Below are positions 19,287 through 29,539 of a stretch of DNA of 64,000 nucleotides, piece after piece; positions within the stretch are counted from its first letter, which is position 1; each line of letters opens with the position of its first letter. The translations under genes were made by a program, and so were the position numbers. This DNA comes from Leptospiraceae bacterium. Lineage in GTDB: Bacteria > Spirochaetota > Leptospiria > Leptospirales > Leptonemataceae. Under the pieces are notes generated by a model that worked only from the letters and a program-made list of their open reading frames with translations, was not told the origin of the DNA and made no database searches. The stretch lies in contig JAVJNR010000004.1 in assembly GCA_040217195.1 (NCBI GenBank), forward strand, positions 384,001-448,000, written 5' to 3'.

Positions 19287-21518
19287 ATGAGAAACGAAAC
19301 CTCTACAGCAAAGATCCTGGCCTTTCTGCGAAGTAAAGCCGGGCAAAAAGTAAACTTAAAACAGCTGGTGAAAGAATTAAATTCTGCGGCAGAGAAAAGC
19401 CAAAAGAACAAATCCGGAAAAGCCAGAGACAAATCAAAGAACAAGCGAAATCAAAAAAACAGACCTGCCGGTATGCGATTCGAAGAGGATCCATCCATAG
19501 TAATGGCCGATCTGGAGTTGCTTGGACTACTTCAAAAATCTGGATCCTCTTATCTGGTAAAAAAACCATTCTCCCTGGAAGCAAAGATCTCTTTCAGTCC
19601 TAGCGGTCTGTATTTTGGCATGCCCTACGGAGCTGACTCGGAAGCCAGGGATCTATTCATTCCTCCGGCCCTGAGTGGACAGGCATTGCCCGGGGATCGG
19701 GTTAAGCTTAACCTTCTGGATCGAAAAAGATCCAGGTTTGAAGCAGAAGTCACTCAAATCGTTCACAGGGATCGCAAGTTTTATAGAATGAAAATTCTAT
19801 CCAGGCCCGTTAAGGACATTGTTCCTGGAGTATTACTGGATACCCAGGGGCAGCCAGGGGCTTGCTTCCCGGTACGTGGAATCGCCAACGATACAAAGAT
19901 TCGATTTAAACCAGACCGTATAGTTGTTGTTGAGTTATCCGGCAAAAGCGTTAAGCATCAAAACGCCTATTTCTTCGATGCTCGATTTGTGCGATTTGAA
20001 GAAGACACAGACTTTGACATCGATTTCCAGAGAATCCTTTTGAAGTTCGATCTGGACCCGGTTTATCCAGAGCTTCCGGTACCCATGGAAGGAATGCAAC
20101 TGGAGCCATCTACGGTTAGCGATTGGAGCCAGAGAAAAGATCTGCGAAATCTTTATACAATTACCATCGATGGAGCAGACTCTAAAGACTTTGATGATGC
20201 ATTGAGCCTGGAAATGCCGGCCGGTCGCAGAAAACCATACAAACTCTATGTTCATATCGCAGATGTATCCTATTTTGTAGAAAAGAACTCTCCTCTGGAT
20301 GAGGAAGCGAAAGCCAGAGCCACCTCGTATTATCTGGGAAACAGAGTCATTCCCATGCTGCCCCCATCCCTATCTGAAGAGTTGTGCTCTCTAGTAGCTG
20401 GCCAGAATCGATTGGCCTTTACTGCCTGTATGGAAATTGATCCGACCCGGGGCACAATATTAAAATCTGAATTCTTTACCTCCATTATTAAGGTGGACCA
20501 ACGTTACACCTACACTCAGGCAGAGGAATTGCTGGAGGGTAAGAAAGATCCAATACTGCCCGATCTATGGAAGCTAACTGAAAATCAGCGAAAGCAGCGC
20601 ATGAAAGAAGGCAGAGTGGACCTGACCATTCCAGAACCTAAATTTATTTTTGGCGATGATGATCAGGTAACCGAAATACAGATGAAGCCCAGGCTTCGCT
20701 CCAGTATGCTAATCGAAGAATGTATGCTATCTGCAAACATTGCTGTTGCTGCCTTTCTTAGAAAGAAGAAGGCGAATACATTGTATCGCGTGCATGAATC
20801 CATGAATGAAGAGAAACTGGGCACTCTGAATGCCTTCTTTGACATATATAAGATTCCTTTCAAACTACAAAGTACGGATCAAACAGATGTACAAAAAGCT
20901 CTACAGGCTGTGGATAAAAAGGGCCCACTGGAGTCTCGTATTTTCAATATGCTACTGCTTCGCTCCTTCATGCAGGCAGCCTACCGTCCCGAGCCTTCAG
21001 GACACTGGGGACTGGGCTTTGATGATTATGCTCACTTTACATCCCCAATTAGACGATATCCGGATCTGGTAGTACATCGATCCCTCAAAGCAGCCCTGAA
21101 ACGAAAGAAGCAACCTTATTCGGAAGAGGAAGTAGAGTTACTGGGAAGTCATACCAGTGATCAAGAACGTCGGGCCATGGATGCAGAGAGGGATGTATGG
21201 AAACTGAAGCTGGTGCGATATATTGAAAGCACCGGAAAAGAGGAGTTCACTGGTTTTCTCACAGGTTTTAGACCGGATCGAATTTTTCTGGAAATCGAAG
21301 AATGTCCGGTGGAAGGGATCGTTGAAGCCAGACATCTGACCAACGATACAGAACTTGTACTTCCGGATCCATTCTCGGTTTACATCAAGAAACTATCCAG
21401 GCCAGCTTTCCTGGGAGAGAGATGGCATCTTAAACTTGAGCGAGTGGACATAGAGCAGCTTCGATTACTATTCGTGCCGGTCTGGGGAAAAGAAAAAAGA
21501 GCGTTTGGAAAAGCCTGA
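19287..21518 (+). CDS. rnr: Ribonuclease R / RNase II family exoribonuclease
   Basis: TIDGADSKDFDDA, HIADVS, HFTSPIRRYPDLVVHR. Confidence 0.92.
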   Translation: MRNETSTAKILAFLRSKAGQKVNLKQLVKELNSAAEKSQKNKSGKARDKSKNKRNQKNRPAGMRFEEDPSIVMADLELLGLLQKSGSSYLVKKPFSLEAKISFSPSGLYFGMPYGADSEARDLFIPPALSGQALPGDRVKLNLLDRKRSRFEAEVTQIVHRDRKFYRMKILSRPVKDIVPGVLLDTQGQPGACFPVRGIANDTKIRFKPDRIVVVELSGKSVKHQNAYFFDARFVRFEEDTDFDIDFQRILLKFDLDPVYPELPVPMEGMQLEPSTVSDWSQRKDLRNLYTITIDGADSKDFDDALSLEMPAGRRKPYKLYVHIADVSYFVEKNSPLDEEAKARATSYYLGNRVIPMLPPSLSEELCSLVAGQNRLAFTACMEIDPTRGTILKSEFFTSIIKVDQRYTYTQAEELLEGKKDPILPDLWKLTENQRKQRMKEGRVDLTIPEPKFIFGDDDQVTEIQMKPRLRSSMLIEECMLSANIAVAAFLRKKKANTLYRVHESMNEEKLGTLNAFFDIYKIPFKLQSTDQTDVQKALQAVDKKGPLESRIFNMLLLRSFMQAAYRPEPSGHWGLGFDDYAHFTSPIRRYPDLVVHRSLKAALKRKKQPYSEEEVELLGSHTSDQERRAMDAERDVWKLKLVRYIESTGKEEFTGFLTGFRPDRIFLEIEECPVEGIVEARHLTNDTELVLPDPFSVYIKKLSRPAFLGERWHLKLERVDIEQLRLLFVPVWGKEKRAFGKA

Positions 21519-21548
21519 GATCAAGGCGATGAAGACCAGGGTACCCTG

Positions 21549-22877
21549 TCAGCCCATCATTGTGTAAGAAAGTAACATTACCAGTCCGTTGGTTACCATA
21601 TGCGCAAAGATGGCCGGAATCAGGCTTCTATTGTACTCTCGCAGAAGACAAAGTCCGGTTCCCAGCATAAATAAATATGGCAGGGCCACCAAACCCTGGG
21701 GATGCAATATCGCAAAAACGATTCCGGTCATAGGAGCGGCTGCCAGGATGGAGAAGTTCCGCCGGAGATAACCGTATAAAAATCCACGAAAAACAATCTC
21801 CTCCATGATTGGAGCCAGTACCACCGCCAGGATAAAAGCCATTACGAAATGATCCTGGAGAATAAATGCAATTGGATGGGCCTGCTCCACTGGATCGCTG
21901 GCTGATTGCTGCATCATGGCAACAGCCGATAGAATGCCTGCAGGAACAATAGCACACCATCCCAGAAAACCAATAAACAATTGATGCATTGGACGGTACT
22001 GCCAGTCTCCAAAAATCTTTCCCAGAGTATCCGGAGCGCTCTGGCGCATCACGTAGTAAAGGATGCCCAGTAGTAACAGAAAATGACCCAGAACCATGGC
22101 ATAGATTCTGAAATCCGCAGGGACAAACCCTCCCAGAATTGGTAGAAGAGCTGCTATTCCAAAGAAAGCCAGAATTGTACCTTCTAAAAGGACGCGAAAA
22201 TCAGCGGCAGGCAGACTTAATAATGCAATACCGAACTGTTGCACCGGTTTTTTACGAATGGCTGCGATGACGAAGATGAATCCCATGGTAAGCACACCCA
22301 GCATTCCGAATACAAAGAGTATCTGCAATCCGTAGGATTCGCCGGCTTGCCGATGAAGCTTTTCTCTTAATTCCTGAGCCGGTTCCGTTTTGCCTTGAAC
22401 CTGGTATTGTTTCAGCCGAACCAGATCGCCCACAGGAGTCTGGAATAGTCCTGCCTCAGGTCCCAGGGGAGTTTTATTTACATAGAGAGTTTGAAATTCA
22501 TCCTGTAGAACCCCAGCGCGGACGGTATATTTTTCGTAGTCGGCCCCCAGGTGAGCCAGTAGTACAGCGCACTGCGCATGATCCCGGGAACTGGAAGAGG
22601 TGGGAGCATCGCATATTTGCTCGATGGAATCGATGGAGTTTTTCCTAACTTCCTCCGGGTCCTGACTGTACTGCGCCGCTATCTCTGGAAGAATGGCATA
22701 GCTCACCTGGAGTTTGAAAAAGAATTCCATTTGCTGAGCGCGAAAGCGCTCTACCGAGTCGGCCGGTGGCTGGTGTTCCGCTCTCTGCCACAGAGAGACT
22801 ATGCCGGCCAAGAAAAGCACCGCAAAGGACAGGTTTCTCAAAAGGGGGCTTTCGGACTGTTTTTCTTTTTCGTCCAT
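21549..22877 (-). CDS. CPBP (CAAX/Abi) intramembrane metalloprotease with N-terminal soluble domain
   Basis: EEIVFRG, FAILH and HMVTN motifs; multiple TM helices. Confidence 0.88.
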   Translation of the reverse strand: MDEKEKQSESPLLRNLSFAVLFLAGIVSLWQRAEHQPPADSVERFRAQQMEFFFKLQVSYAILPEIAAQYSQDPEEVRKNSIDSIEQICDAPTSSSSRDHAQCAVLLAHLGADYEKYTVRAGVLQDEFQTLYVNKTPLGPEAGLFQTPVGDLVRLKQYQVQGKTEPAQELREKLHRQAGESYGLQILFVFGMLGVLTMGFIFVIAAIRKKPVQQFGIALLSLPAADFRVLLEGTILAFFGIAALLPILGGFVPADFRIYAMVLGHFLLLLGILYYVMRQSAPDTLGKIFGDWQYRPMHQLFIGFLGWCAIVPAGILSAVAMMQQSASDPVEQAHPIAFILQDHFVMAFILAVVLAPIMEEIVFRGFLYGYLRRNFSILAAAPMTGIVFAILHPQGLVALPYLFMLGTGLCLLREYNRSLIPAIFAHMVTNGLVMLLSYTMMG

Positions 22878-22971
22878 CTACGGAGGTCATATTTCGAGCC
22901 TGCCCTATTTTGACAATTCGAACCTGTTTAGTCTCGGCCGCGGCTGCAGCCAGGCTGCCCGGTCAGGAAAC

Positions 22972-24090
22972 TCAGTTTATGGCCCGCAGCAATGATCTTA
23001 GAGCAGCCCTCAAGCAGGTTTGGCCTTCAAGTAAAGAGCCAGAAGGCAAAGTCCATCCCTGTTGGGCCTGTATTAGATCTGATAAGGCGTGCCGATGAGC
23101 TCCGTGGCTTCGATTACTGCTTTCAGATTTCTGCCATATCTTGATCCGGGGTCCTGAATTCTGCCCGGTAGCTGGCTTTGTTTCAGCGACAGACCTCAAA
23201 ATGGGCCCACCGCCCTGTTCAGACCAGGAGCGGATCAAACTGTCATGGTAATTCTGGTCGATTAACAGCCCCCAGACAAAGCAGCCAGATGCGGCGGCCT
23301 GATACAGACTCAGTCCGTAGTAGCCCAGAAAAAAATCGGCCGAATGAAGAAGTGTATGAAATTGCGAGTCAGTCAGTCTCTGCCGGTAATCAATGCCTGT
23401 CATCGGAGCTGTGCCGCCCACTCGTATGTAGCTGCGAAAGGATGTCTGAAATAATCTGTCCAATGTCTCCAGAAGTACTGGCGAAATAAAACCCGGAGCT
23501 CCTGCATAAAAAAGCATCTCCACTGGTCGGGCCTCAGCCCGGGACGATGCAGCGGTACTTTCTGGGCCGTTTCCGGCGGGATCTATCTTTACGGCCTGCT
23601 TTATAGCAGAGTCAGTCGTTTGAATCCCCGCCGGGCCCAGATATCTTCGAACAGAGGATTCTAGATTACAGCCAGGCAATAAAACGTCGTAGTAATAACA
23701 GGGATAGTTCTTCCCGGAACCGCTGGAATGCACAACCCGGCTTAATCCGGATTCTTGTTGGCTCCGGGATTTCCGGTGGGAACTGAAATTGTCCAGAGCC
23801 AGAACCGGGGCAAACGGCAGGATTGGTGCAGGATCCAGATCCCTGGCATCCATAAGAACTATGCTACTGCCACCAGAGGCATTGGTTTGCAGTCTGCACA
23901 GAAAATCTGCACCTTCTTTCTGCCAGAATTCTTCCGGAGCAGATAGTACGGAGATCAAATCAATTCTAAAATCGGAAAGTGCGGTTTGAATGTATGAGGA
24001 GCGGGCCAGATGACCGGAACCGTAAATCTCAGGCGCTGTGCCGCTTAGCAAATAGATGTGCCGGAAATCGTCTCTGTTGAATGTCTGCAT
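22972..24090 (-). CDS. SpsG/PseG-like glycosyltransferase-fold protein (divergent)
   Basis: GSGHLARS resembles the GxGHxxR motif; follows an SpsF-like gene. Confidence 0.6.
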   Translation of the reverse strand: MQTFNRDDFRHIYLLSGTAPEIYGSGHLARSSYIQTALSDFRIDLISVLSAPEEFWQKEGADFLCRLQTNASGGSSIVLMDARDLDPAPILPFAPVLALDNFSSHRKSRSQQESGLSRVVHSSGSGKNYPCYYYDVLLPGCNLESSVRRYLGPAGIQTTDSAIKQAVKIDPAGNGPESTAASSRAEARPVEMLFYAGAPGFISPVLLETLDRLFQTSFRSYIRVGGTAPMTGIDYRQRLTDSQFHTLLHSADFFLGYYGLSLYQAAASGCFVWGLLIDQNYHDSLIRSWSEQGGGPILRSVAETKPATGQNSGPRIKIWQKSESSNRSHGAHRHALSDLIQAQQGWTLPSGSLLEGQTCLRAALRSLLRAIN

Positions 24091-24835
24091 TTATCTGGAA
24101 AATCTCCGGTTGCTCGGTCTGCAAATCCAGCAGGTCTTCCGTTGAGAAATGGGAACCCAGCTCCCGGAAAACGGATTGGACCACCAGGAAATCCTTTTCT
24201 TCGTCCACGGTCAATCGCATGGATGCGGCGCGCGCCGGTAATCCGGACGGCTCAATCACCACACGATAATGCTCTGGATGATGCTTTATGTGCAGACTAA
24301 CATGCTCCCGATATTCAGCAGGATCCATTTCTTCTGGACCATGACTGCATTCCAGACTGGACGCTTTGAATACTTCTACAGCGCAGCCAAGAGGCAGGCC
24401 ACCAAAAGCGAACAGGTCTGCATCCAGTTCCTGAATTCGATGGACACTTTTCCGCGCAAATCCTGGATCCACGCATGGATTGTCGGCAGTGGCTCGAACG
24501 ATGTATCTTGCACCGGTAACCCTGGCTGCCAGTGAGTAACGGGCTCGCACATCTTCCAGCGGACCTGCAATGAATGAAATCGATTTGCTTTCCAGAAACT
24601 CCTGCATGGGTGCATCATCATGGGGTATCAATGCATAGACTGGACCAATGCTGGCTTCTTCCAGACGATGAATGCAATGTTCTAGAATGGAAAATGCAGT
24701 GATGGAGCTGTCGCCAGCCAGGCTGGACTCAGAAGGAGCCCCCTCGGAAGAAACAATCTGGCGAAATACCTTTCCCGGAAGCCGATGCGAACCGGATCTA
24801 GCCTGAATAAGACATACTGTATCCGGAGTTTTCAT
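24029..24835 (-). CDS. spsF: SpsF-like cytidylyltransferase
   Basis: IQARSGSHRLPGKV, RATADNP, REHVS, RLTVDE. Confidence 0.85.
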   Translation of the reverse strand: MKTPDTVCLIQARSGSHRLPGKVFRQIVSSEGAPSESSLAGDSSITAFSILEHCIHRLEEASIGPVYALIPHDDAPMQEFLESKSISFIAGPLEDVRARYSLAARVTGARYIVRATADNPCVDPGFARKSVHRIQELDADLFAFGGLPLGCAVEVFKASSLECSHGPEEMDPAEYREHVSLHIKHHPEHYRVVIEPSGLPARAASMRLTVDEEKDFLVVQSVFRELGSHFSTEDLLDLQTEQPEIFQINADIQQRRFPAHLFAKRHSA

Positions 24836-24898
24836 AGTTCACCTGCCGGCCGAGCCGGCTAAGGTACTTATCGATCAAAAAAGCAGAAGGGATTACCC

Positions 24899-26458
24899 TC
24901 AACCTTGAAATAAATACCATTCATCACACTTCATGCAGGGAGCTGAAATCTGATCATGCTGCCCTTGCATGGAATAAATATAGGCCTCTTTGTGATTCTG
25001 AAAAGCCTGCTGAATGTTCAGCTCAGTCCCGCCACCCAGTGGATCCTGTCTGCATATGGGAATCTTTCCATCAGAATTGATATAGATGTCCCGGGCAAGA
25101 TGCCAGCAAAATCCACGGATGGGCGGAGTTAAATCCGCAACCTTGCGATCTTCCAGAACACCGGCATAAGTGTTTAGTTTTCTCAAAATTGGAGTAAAGA
25201 CAGTTGGGTCGTATTTCTGAAAGAACTCATGTATTTCATCTTCCACTTCCTGGATTTTTTGCATCTCCAGATAAACGGAAAAACCGGGCCCCCTATTCTG
25301 CTTCAGGTAGTCTTCCAGAATATCCAGCTGCGAAAGAACTTTGCTTAGACTGCCATTCTCATAGAAATACTCATACCGATCTGAGCGAAGACTGCAAAAC
25401 CGAACAATAAAGCTCAGTCCTGATTCGGTCCGAGCTTCCATTGCTTCTTTAGAATTGGATTGAAGGTACTGAATCCAGGTGCTGAAATCGTAGCCATAGG
25501 TTTCCACAATAACCTGCTTCACCGAAGGATGTCCCAGGAGTTTTAAAGCAAAGTCCGGAGCCCCGGCATCGCTTCCGGAATCACCCAGCCCCCCAAGACA
25601 AACCGTTACATCATTGGGCAACATAGAATCCAGATCTTTCAGAACCCGAGCACGGTCCTTTTCGCCCAGAGTTCCGCTTCCAGGCGGTAAAATCAATTTA
25701 TCGCGCACGGGTGACTGACTGCAGAGTTCTATTTCAAGATAGGAAGGTGATAGTCGAATAATATCCGGTTCCTTCCTAATGAGCTGATCCAGACCCTTCA
25801 GATCACGAGGTAGCGAATTTCTGGACAATCCTTCAGCCACACTTTTACACAGAGAAATGGAACGATGACTCAATCCATTGAATTCCAGGCGATGAATGCG
25901 AAGATCCGGCTGGTAGAACGCCACCTCTGCATCCAGCTCATGGAAATTCTTGAATACAAAGCTGCGAATATCCGATTCGGGCTTTTTTTCCAGTTCAAAA
26001 AGTTCAGCTGAAATATAATCCGGGCTGAGTCCCAAAGGTACATTTTCCGCATAAGTGTAGCTGCTTAGAAACTCAACATGTCTATGAAGAAGATCAACGG
26101 AAAGTTCTAAATCCAGCAGCGGAAACAGGCCATGAAAAAAGGCATAGGTTTCCATTCTGGCATCCAGGTCTTCCACCGGAAGGTCCGGTTTCGCCAGAAT
26201 GGTTTTTAACGCTTCATAGGGCTCATTGGAAAGGTCCAGGATTTCCAGGGAGTCCTTTTCTTTCAGGGATGATAGTATGCTATGCTTGCGAACCAGGATG
26301 CGCGGATTGACAATGCGAATTCCCAGGTCCTGGGCGGATGCATTTAATTTATCAGAAAGCTCATTGAGATTCTTGAGACTTGTATCTAGAACTTCAGCTG
26401 CGGATTCTGGTAATGAGTCCGGCAGATGGATGTAGAAGCCGGTAAGCCTGGGATTCAT
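24899..26458 (-). CDS. Spiro-SPASM protein (cytidylyltransferase-like N-terminus, degenerate radical SAM core, SPASM C-terminus)
   Basis: C-terminal CWHLARD...CRQD...CMKCDEW; three-part architecture of the spirochaete family TIGR04321. Confidence 0.85.
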   Translation of the reverse strand: MNPRLTGFYIHLPDSLPESAAEVLDTSLKNLNELSDKLNASAQDLGIRIVNPRILVRKHSILSSLKEKDSLEILDLSNEPYEALKTILAKPDLPVEDLDARMETYAFFHGLFPLLDLELSVDLLHRHVEFLSSYTYAENVPLGLSPDYISAELFELEKKPESDIRSFVFKNFHELDAEVAFYQPDLRIHRLEFNGLSHRSISLCKSVAEGLSRNSLPRDLKGLDQLIRKEPDIIRLSPSYLEIELCSQSPVRDKLILPPGSGTLGEKDRARVLKDLDSMLPNDVTVCLGGLGDSGSDAGAPDFALKLLGHPSVKQVIVETYGYDFSTWIQYLQSNSKEAMEARTESGLSFIVRFCSLRSDRYEYFYENGSLSKVLSQLDILEDYLKQNRGPGFSVYLEMQKIQEVEDEIHEFFQKYDPTVFTPILRKLNTYAGVLEDRKVADLTPPIRGFCWHLARDIYINSDGKIPICRQDPLGGGTELNIQQAFQNHKEAYIYSMQGQHDQISAPCMKCDEWYLFQG

Positions 26459-26459
26459 T

Positions 26460-27440
26460 CTACAATCTCTGAATTGTGAGCTCTTCTTTTTGTTTTTTCA
26501 TCCATTCATCGAAGGCTTTCTCTGCCATGTCCATATACAATCTTCTTTCAATTAAGGCTCTAACCTCATCCAGAGGGATGGGTCTTTTTGCCTGAAGATA
26601 AACGATTCTATAACGTCCGGCCTGATCGCGAAAGATTTGCGAAAGCTGACCGGCTCGCATGTTGTACAGAACGCCTGCAAGAATCCGATCTTCTTCAGCT
26701 ATGGCCTGTATCTCTTCCCAGTTACGCAAGCCTCCTGCGAATTTGTAGGGAGAGACATTTTCGGGCAAAGAGCGTGCTACGGCGGCGAAGTTACCAGGGT
26801 TACTGGATAGCTGCTGATGAATCTGCTTTGCCTTCTGGGAAATTTTTCTTTCCTCACTGATGTTTGGTGTGAATGGAAATACGATTTCTCTATATAAGAA
26901 TTCCATTCCAATCTGGCGCTGATTCTTTCTGTAAAAGTCTTCCACTTCTTTCGCCGATGGCTGGGGCACAGAAACCATAATCTGTAGTATCTGCTGTCGA
27001 ATCAGACTGATTCGCATGGTATCTTTCCAGACCTCAAAAGGCATTCCGGTTTCTTTTTTGATCATCAACTGAAATTCTTCTTCGGTCTCTATGGATCTGG
27101 CCCGCATCTGATTGGTCATTTCAGTCTGAATACGTGCATCGCTTACTATGATGGACTCTCTACGTGCCACTCGCTCAATGATGGCTCGTTCGATTAACTC
27201 TTCGATCGCTGCTTCACGTTTGGACACTCTCAAGTTCTTGCGCAAATACTGGATATTCTTCTCCATCTGCGCAATGTCCAGATCGGTGATCGGCTCATCG
27301 CCTACAATCAATCGAATCCTGTTAATGGTTTCCCCTGGAGCCTGCTCCACGCTGGCCGGAGCTTCTGCAACCGCTGCTGTGGAAATAATTAACCCCAGAA
27401 GCAAAGTGATTATTCTGATTCTATTCATATCGTTTCTCAA
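26460..27440 (-). CDS. SurA-like periplasmic chaperone / parvulin PPIase (LIC12922 family)
   Basis: INRIRLIVGDEPIT SurA N-terminal motif, FAAVARS...GG parvulin-like region, signal peptide. Confidence 0.8.
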   Translation of the reverse strand: MRNDMNRIRIITLLLGLIISTAAVAEAPASVEQAPGETINRIRLIVGDEPITDLDIAQMEKNIQYLRKNLRVSKREAAIEELIERAIIERVARRESIIVSDARIQTEMTNQMRARSIETEEEFQLMIKKETGMPFEVWKDTMRISLIRQQILQIMVSVPQPSAKEVEDFYRKNQRQIGMEFLYREIVFPFTPNISEERKISQKAKQIHQQLSSNPGNFAAVARSLPENVSPYKFAGGLRNWEEIQAIAEEDRILAGVLYNMRAGQLSQIFRDQAGRYRIVYLQAKRPIPLDEVRALIERRLYMDMAEKAFDEWMKKQKEELTIQRL

Positions 27441-28387
27441 TTCGTTTGGCCAGAAAAGCTCAGGGGCATTTCCAGAGAATTCTCCTCCAGCCGTTGAAGA
27501 GCTCGAAAAAGGGATTCTGGTTCCCTTTCGGTAAGGTATGGGCGGCGCTCTTCCGGGGCAAGAAAATCCAGGTAACGACTCAGATGTTTTCTAAAGATGA
27601 AAAGTCCCTGAAAACCGTGAAAATTGAGGCTGAGCTCCAGATGGGTCCTGGCCGCCTGGATTTTATCCCGGGCTGTGAATTCCTGTTCTGAAAAGACAAA
27701 TGGATTGCCAATGCTGGCCCGGCCAATAAGCACTCCGGCCAGTCCGTGGCTTTCTTTGAACTGGCAAGCCCCGTGATAGCTACCAATATCTCCATTTCCG
27801 AATACAGGTATGGACAACTCTCCGGCCAATAGACTTGCAGGCTCATGTCTGGCCATTCCCCGGTACCCCTGGTTAGCTGTCCGCCCATGCACCGAAAGAG
27901 CACAGGCACCGCTGGCTTCCAGGATACGTCCCACTTCCAGGAAATTCAGCGAGTCATCATCCCAACCCAGGCGTATTTTTGCACTCACCGGAAGATCACT
28001 TTCCTTTCTCATGATCTCAATCAATTCTCCGGCTCTTTGCGGATTTCGCAGCAGGCCTGCCCCGGCACCTTTCATGGCCACCCGATTGACGGAACATCCC
28101 ATGTTCAAATCCAGGCGATCGGGCTCCAGGGGCCGCAGTATCTGAACTGCTTTCTTTATGGATTCCGGTTCGCTACCAAAAATCTGAAATACAATGGGCC
28201 TTTCTTCTTCCGTGAATTGATATAGCTTCAGTGTTTCTGGATTACCGGAAGCAAGGAAGTCTGCACTGCCAAACTCCGTAAAACAGAAATGAGCCCCGAA
28301 ACGGCGGCTCATTATTCTTCCTGGACTGTCAGATACCCCGGCCATGGGAGACATGGCCAGCCAGCCAATGTCAGCTTGCTCGCTCAT
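27437..28387 (-). CDS. dusB: tRNA-dihydrouridine synthase
   Basis: PMAG, QIFG, DLNMGC, KIRLGWD, VHGRT, GNGDI, IGR; start set at the ATG overlapping the carA end. Confidence 0.9.
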   Translation of the reverse strand: MSEQADIGWLAMSPMAGVSDSPGRIMSRRFGAHFCFTEFGSADFLASGNPETLKLYQFTEEERPIVFQIFGSEPESIKKAVQILRPLEPDRLDLNMGCSVNRVAMKGAGAGLLRNPQRAGELIEIMRKESDLPVSAKIRLGWDDDSLNFLEVGRILEASGACALSVHGRTANQGYRGMARHEPASLLAGELSIPVFGNGDIGSYHGACQFKESHGLAGVLIGRASIGNPFVFSEQEFTARDKIQAARTHLELSLNFHGFQGLFIFRKHLSRYLDFLAPEERRPYLTEREPESLFRALQRLEENSLEMPLSFSGQTN

Positions 28388-29480
28388 GCTTCTGATAATA
28401 CTGGTCCACAAGTTGGAAGAAATCCGAGAACATATGCGCCGAGTCATTGGGACCTGGACTTGCTTCAGGATGATGTTGTACCGTAATCAGATGCGAATCA
28501 TCGTTGTAGAATCCTTCGATGGTCTGATCATTTAGATTCAGATGCGATATGTTCAGGTTCTTTTCGCTTTCATTTGCTTCTACCGCGAATCCATGGTTCT
28601 GAGCAGTAATCTCAACCTTACCGCTTTTCATCTCTTTGACCGGTTGGTTACCACCACGATGACCAAACTTTAGTTTGTAGGTTTTCCAGCCTCGGGCCAG
28701 GCCTATGATCTGGTGGCCCAGGCAAATACCAAAAACTGGCTTCCCGGTACCGAGGATCTTGCGTGCGGTTTCTACACCGTAGGAAACCGGCTCAGGATCT
28801 CCGGGGCCATTGGATAGAAAGAATGCATCGAATTTCTCCAGATCATCCATGGAGGCACTGGCAGGAAAGACATGAACTTCAAAACCACTTTCATTTAGAT
28901 AGCGAAGAATGTTTGTCTTAACTCCAAAGTCTACGACAGCGATTTTGTATTTACCGCCCTTTTCGCCGTACACATAGGGCTTTTCCGTGCTTACTCGGGA
29001 CACCAGATCCAGGCCCAGCATGGAAGGAATGGAACGGACCTTTTCCAGAAGCTCTTCCGAGTATTTTTTTCCCGGGAACAGACCACCACGCATGGCTCCT
29101 TCATTTCTCAAGGTCAGGACCAGCTTTCTGGTATCGATCCTCTCGATTGCAGGAGTGTCTTGCTCAATCAAATACTCTTCCAGGGTCTTCTGGGCCATGT
29201 GATTGGATGGATGGTTTACGTATCGCTTTACTATGAGCGCTTCTGCCTGAATCTTACTGGACTGGCTGTAGTCCGGGTGTACGCCGTAATTTCCGATCAT
29301 TGGATATGTAAGAGTTACCAGCTGTCCGGAATATGAGGGATCTGTAAGTATTTCCTGGTACCCGGCCATGGAAGTGTTGAAGCAAACTTCGCCCAGGGAT
29401 TCCCGGGATGAACCGAAGGAATAGCCTTCGAAATAATCTCCATTTTCTAGAACAAGGACAGCGGGAGTTTTTGAGCTCAT
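28371..29480 (-). CDS. carA: Carbamoyl-phosphate synthase small subunit
   Basis: GYQEILTDPSY, SNGPGDP, GICLGHQ, HPEASPGP. Confidence 0.98.
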   Translation of the reverse strand: MSSKTPAVLVLENGDYFEGYSFGSSRESLGEVCFNTSMAGYQEILTDPSYSGQLVTLTYPMIGNYGVHPDYSQSSKIQAEALIVKRYVNHPSNHMAQKTLEEYLIEQDTPAIERIDTRKLVLTLRNEGAMRGGLFPGKKYSEELLEKVRSIPSMLGLDLVSRVSTEKPYVYGEKGGKYKIAVVDFGVKTNILRYLNESGFEVHVFPASASMDDLEKFDAFFLSNGPGDPEPVSYGVETARKILGTGKPVFGICLGHQIIGLARGWKTYKLKFGHRGGNQPVKEMKSGKVEITAQNHGFAVEANESEKNLNISHLNLNDQTIEGFYNDDSHLITVQHHPEASPGPNDSAHMFSDFFQLVDQYYQKHERAS

Positions 29481-29486
29481 GATGTC

Positions 29487-29514
29487 AGGATACCGCTATT
29501 TCGCCCCCTGTCAA
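29487..29514 (-). promoter_or_regulatory. Sigma70-like promoter of the carA operon, probably leaderless
   Basis: TTGACA-16 bp-TATCCT, 6 nt before the carA ATG; no SD. Confidence 0.65.
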
Positions 29515-29539
29515 GGTTCGTTTATGGAGGAGAGAGCCG

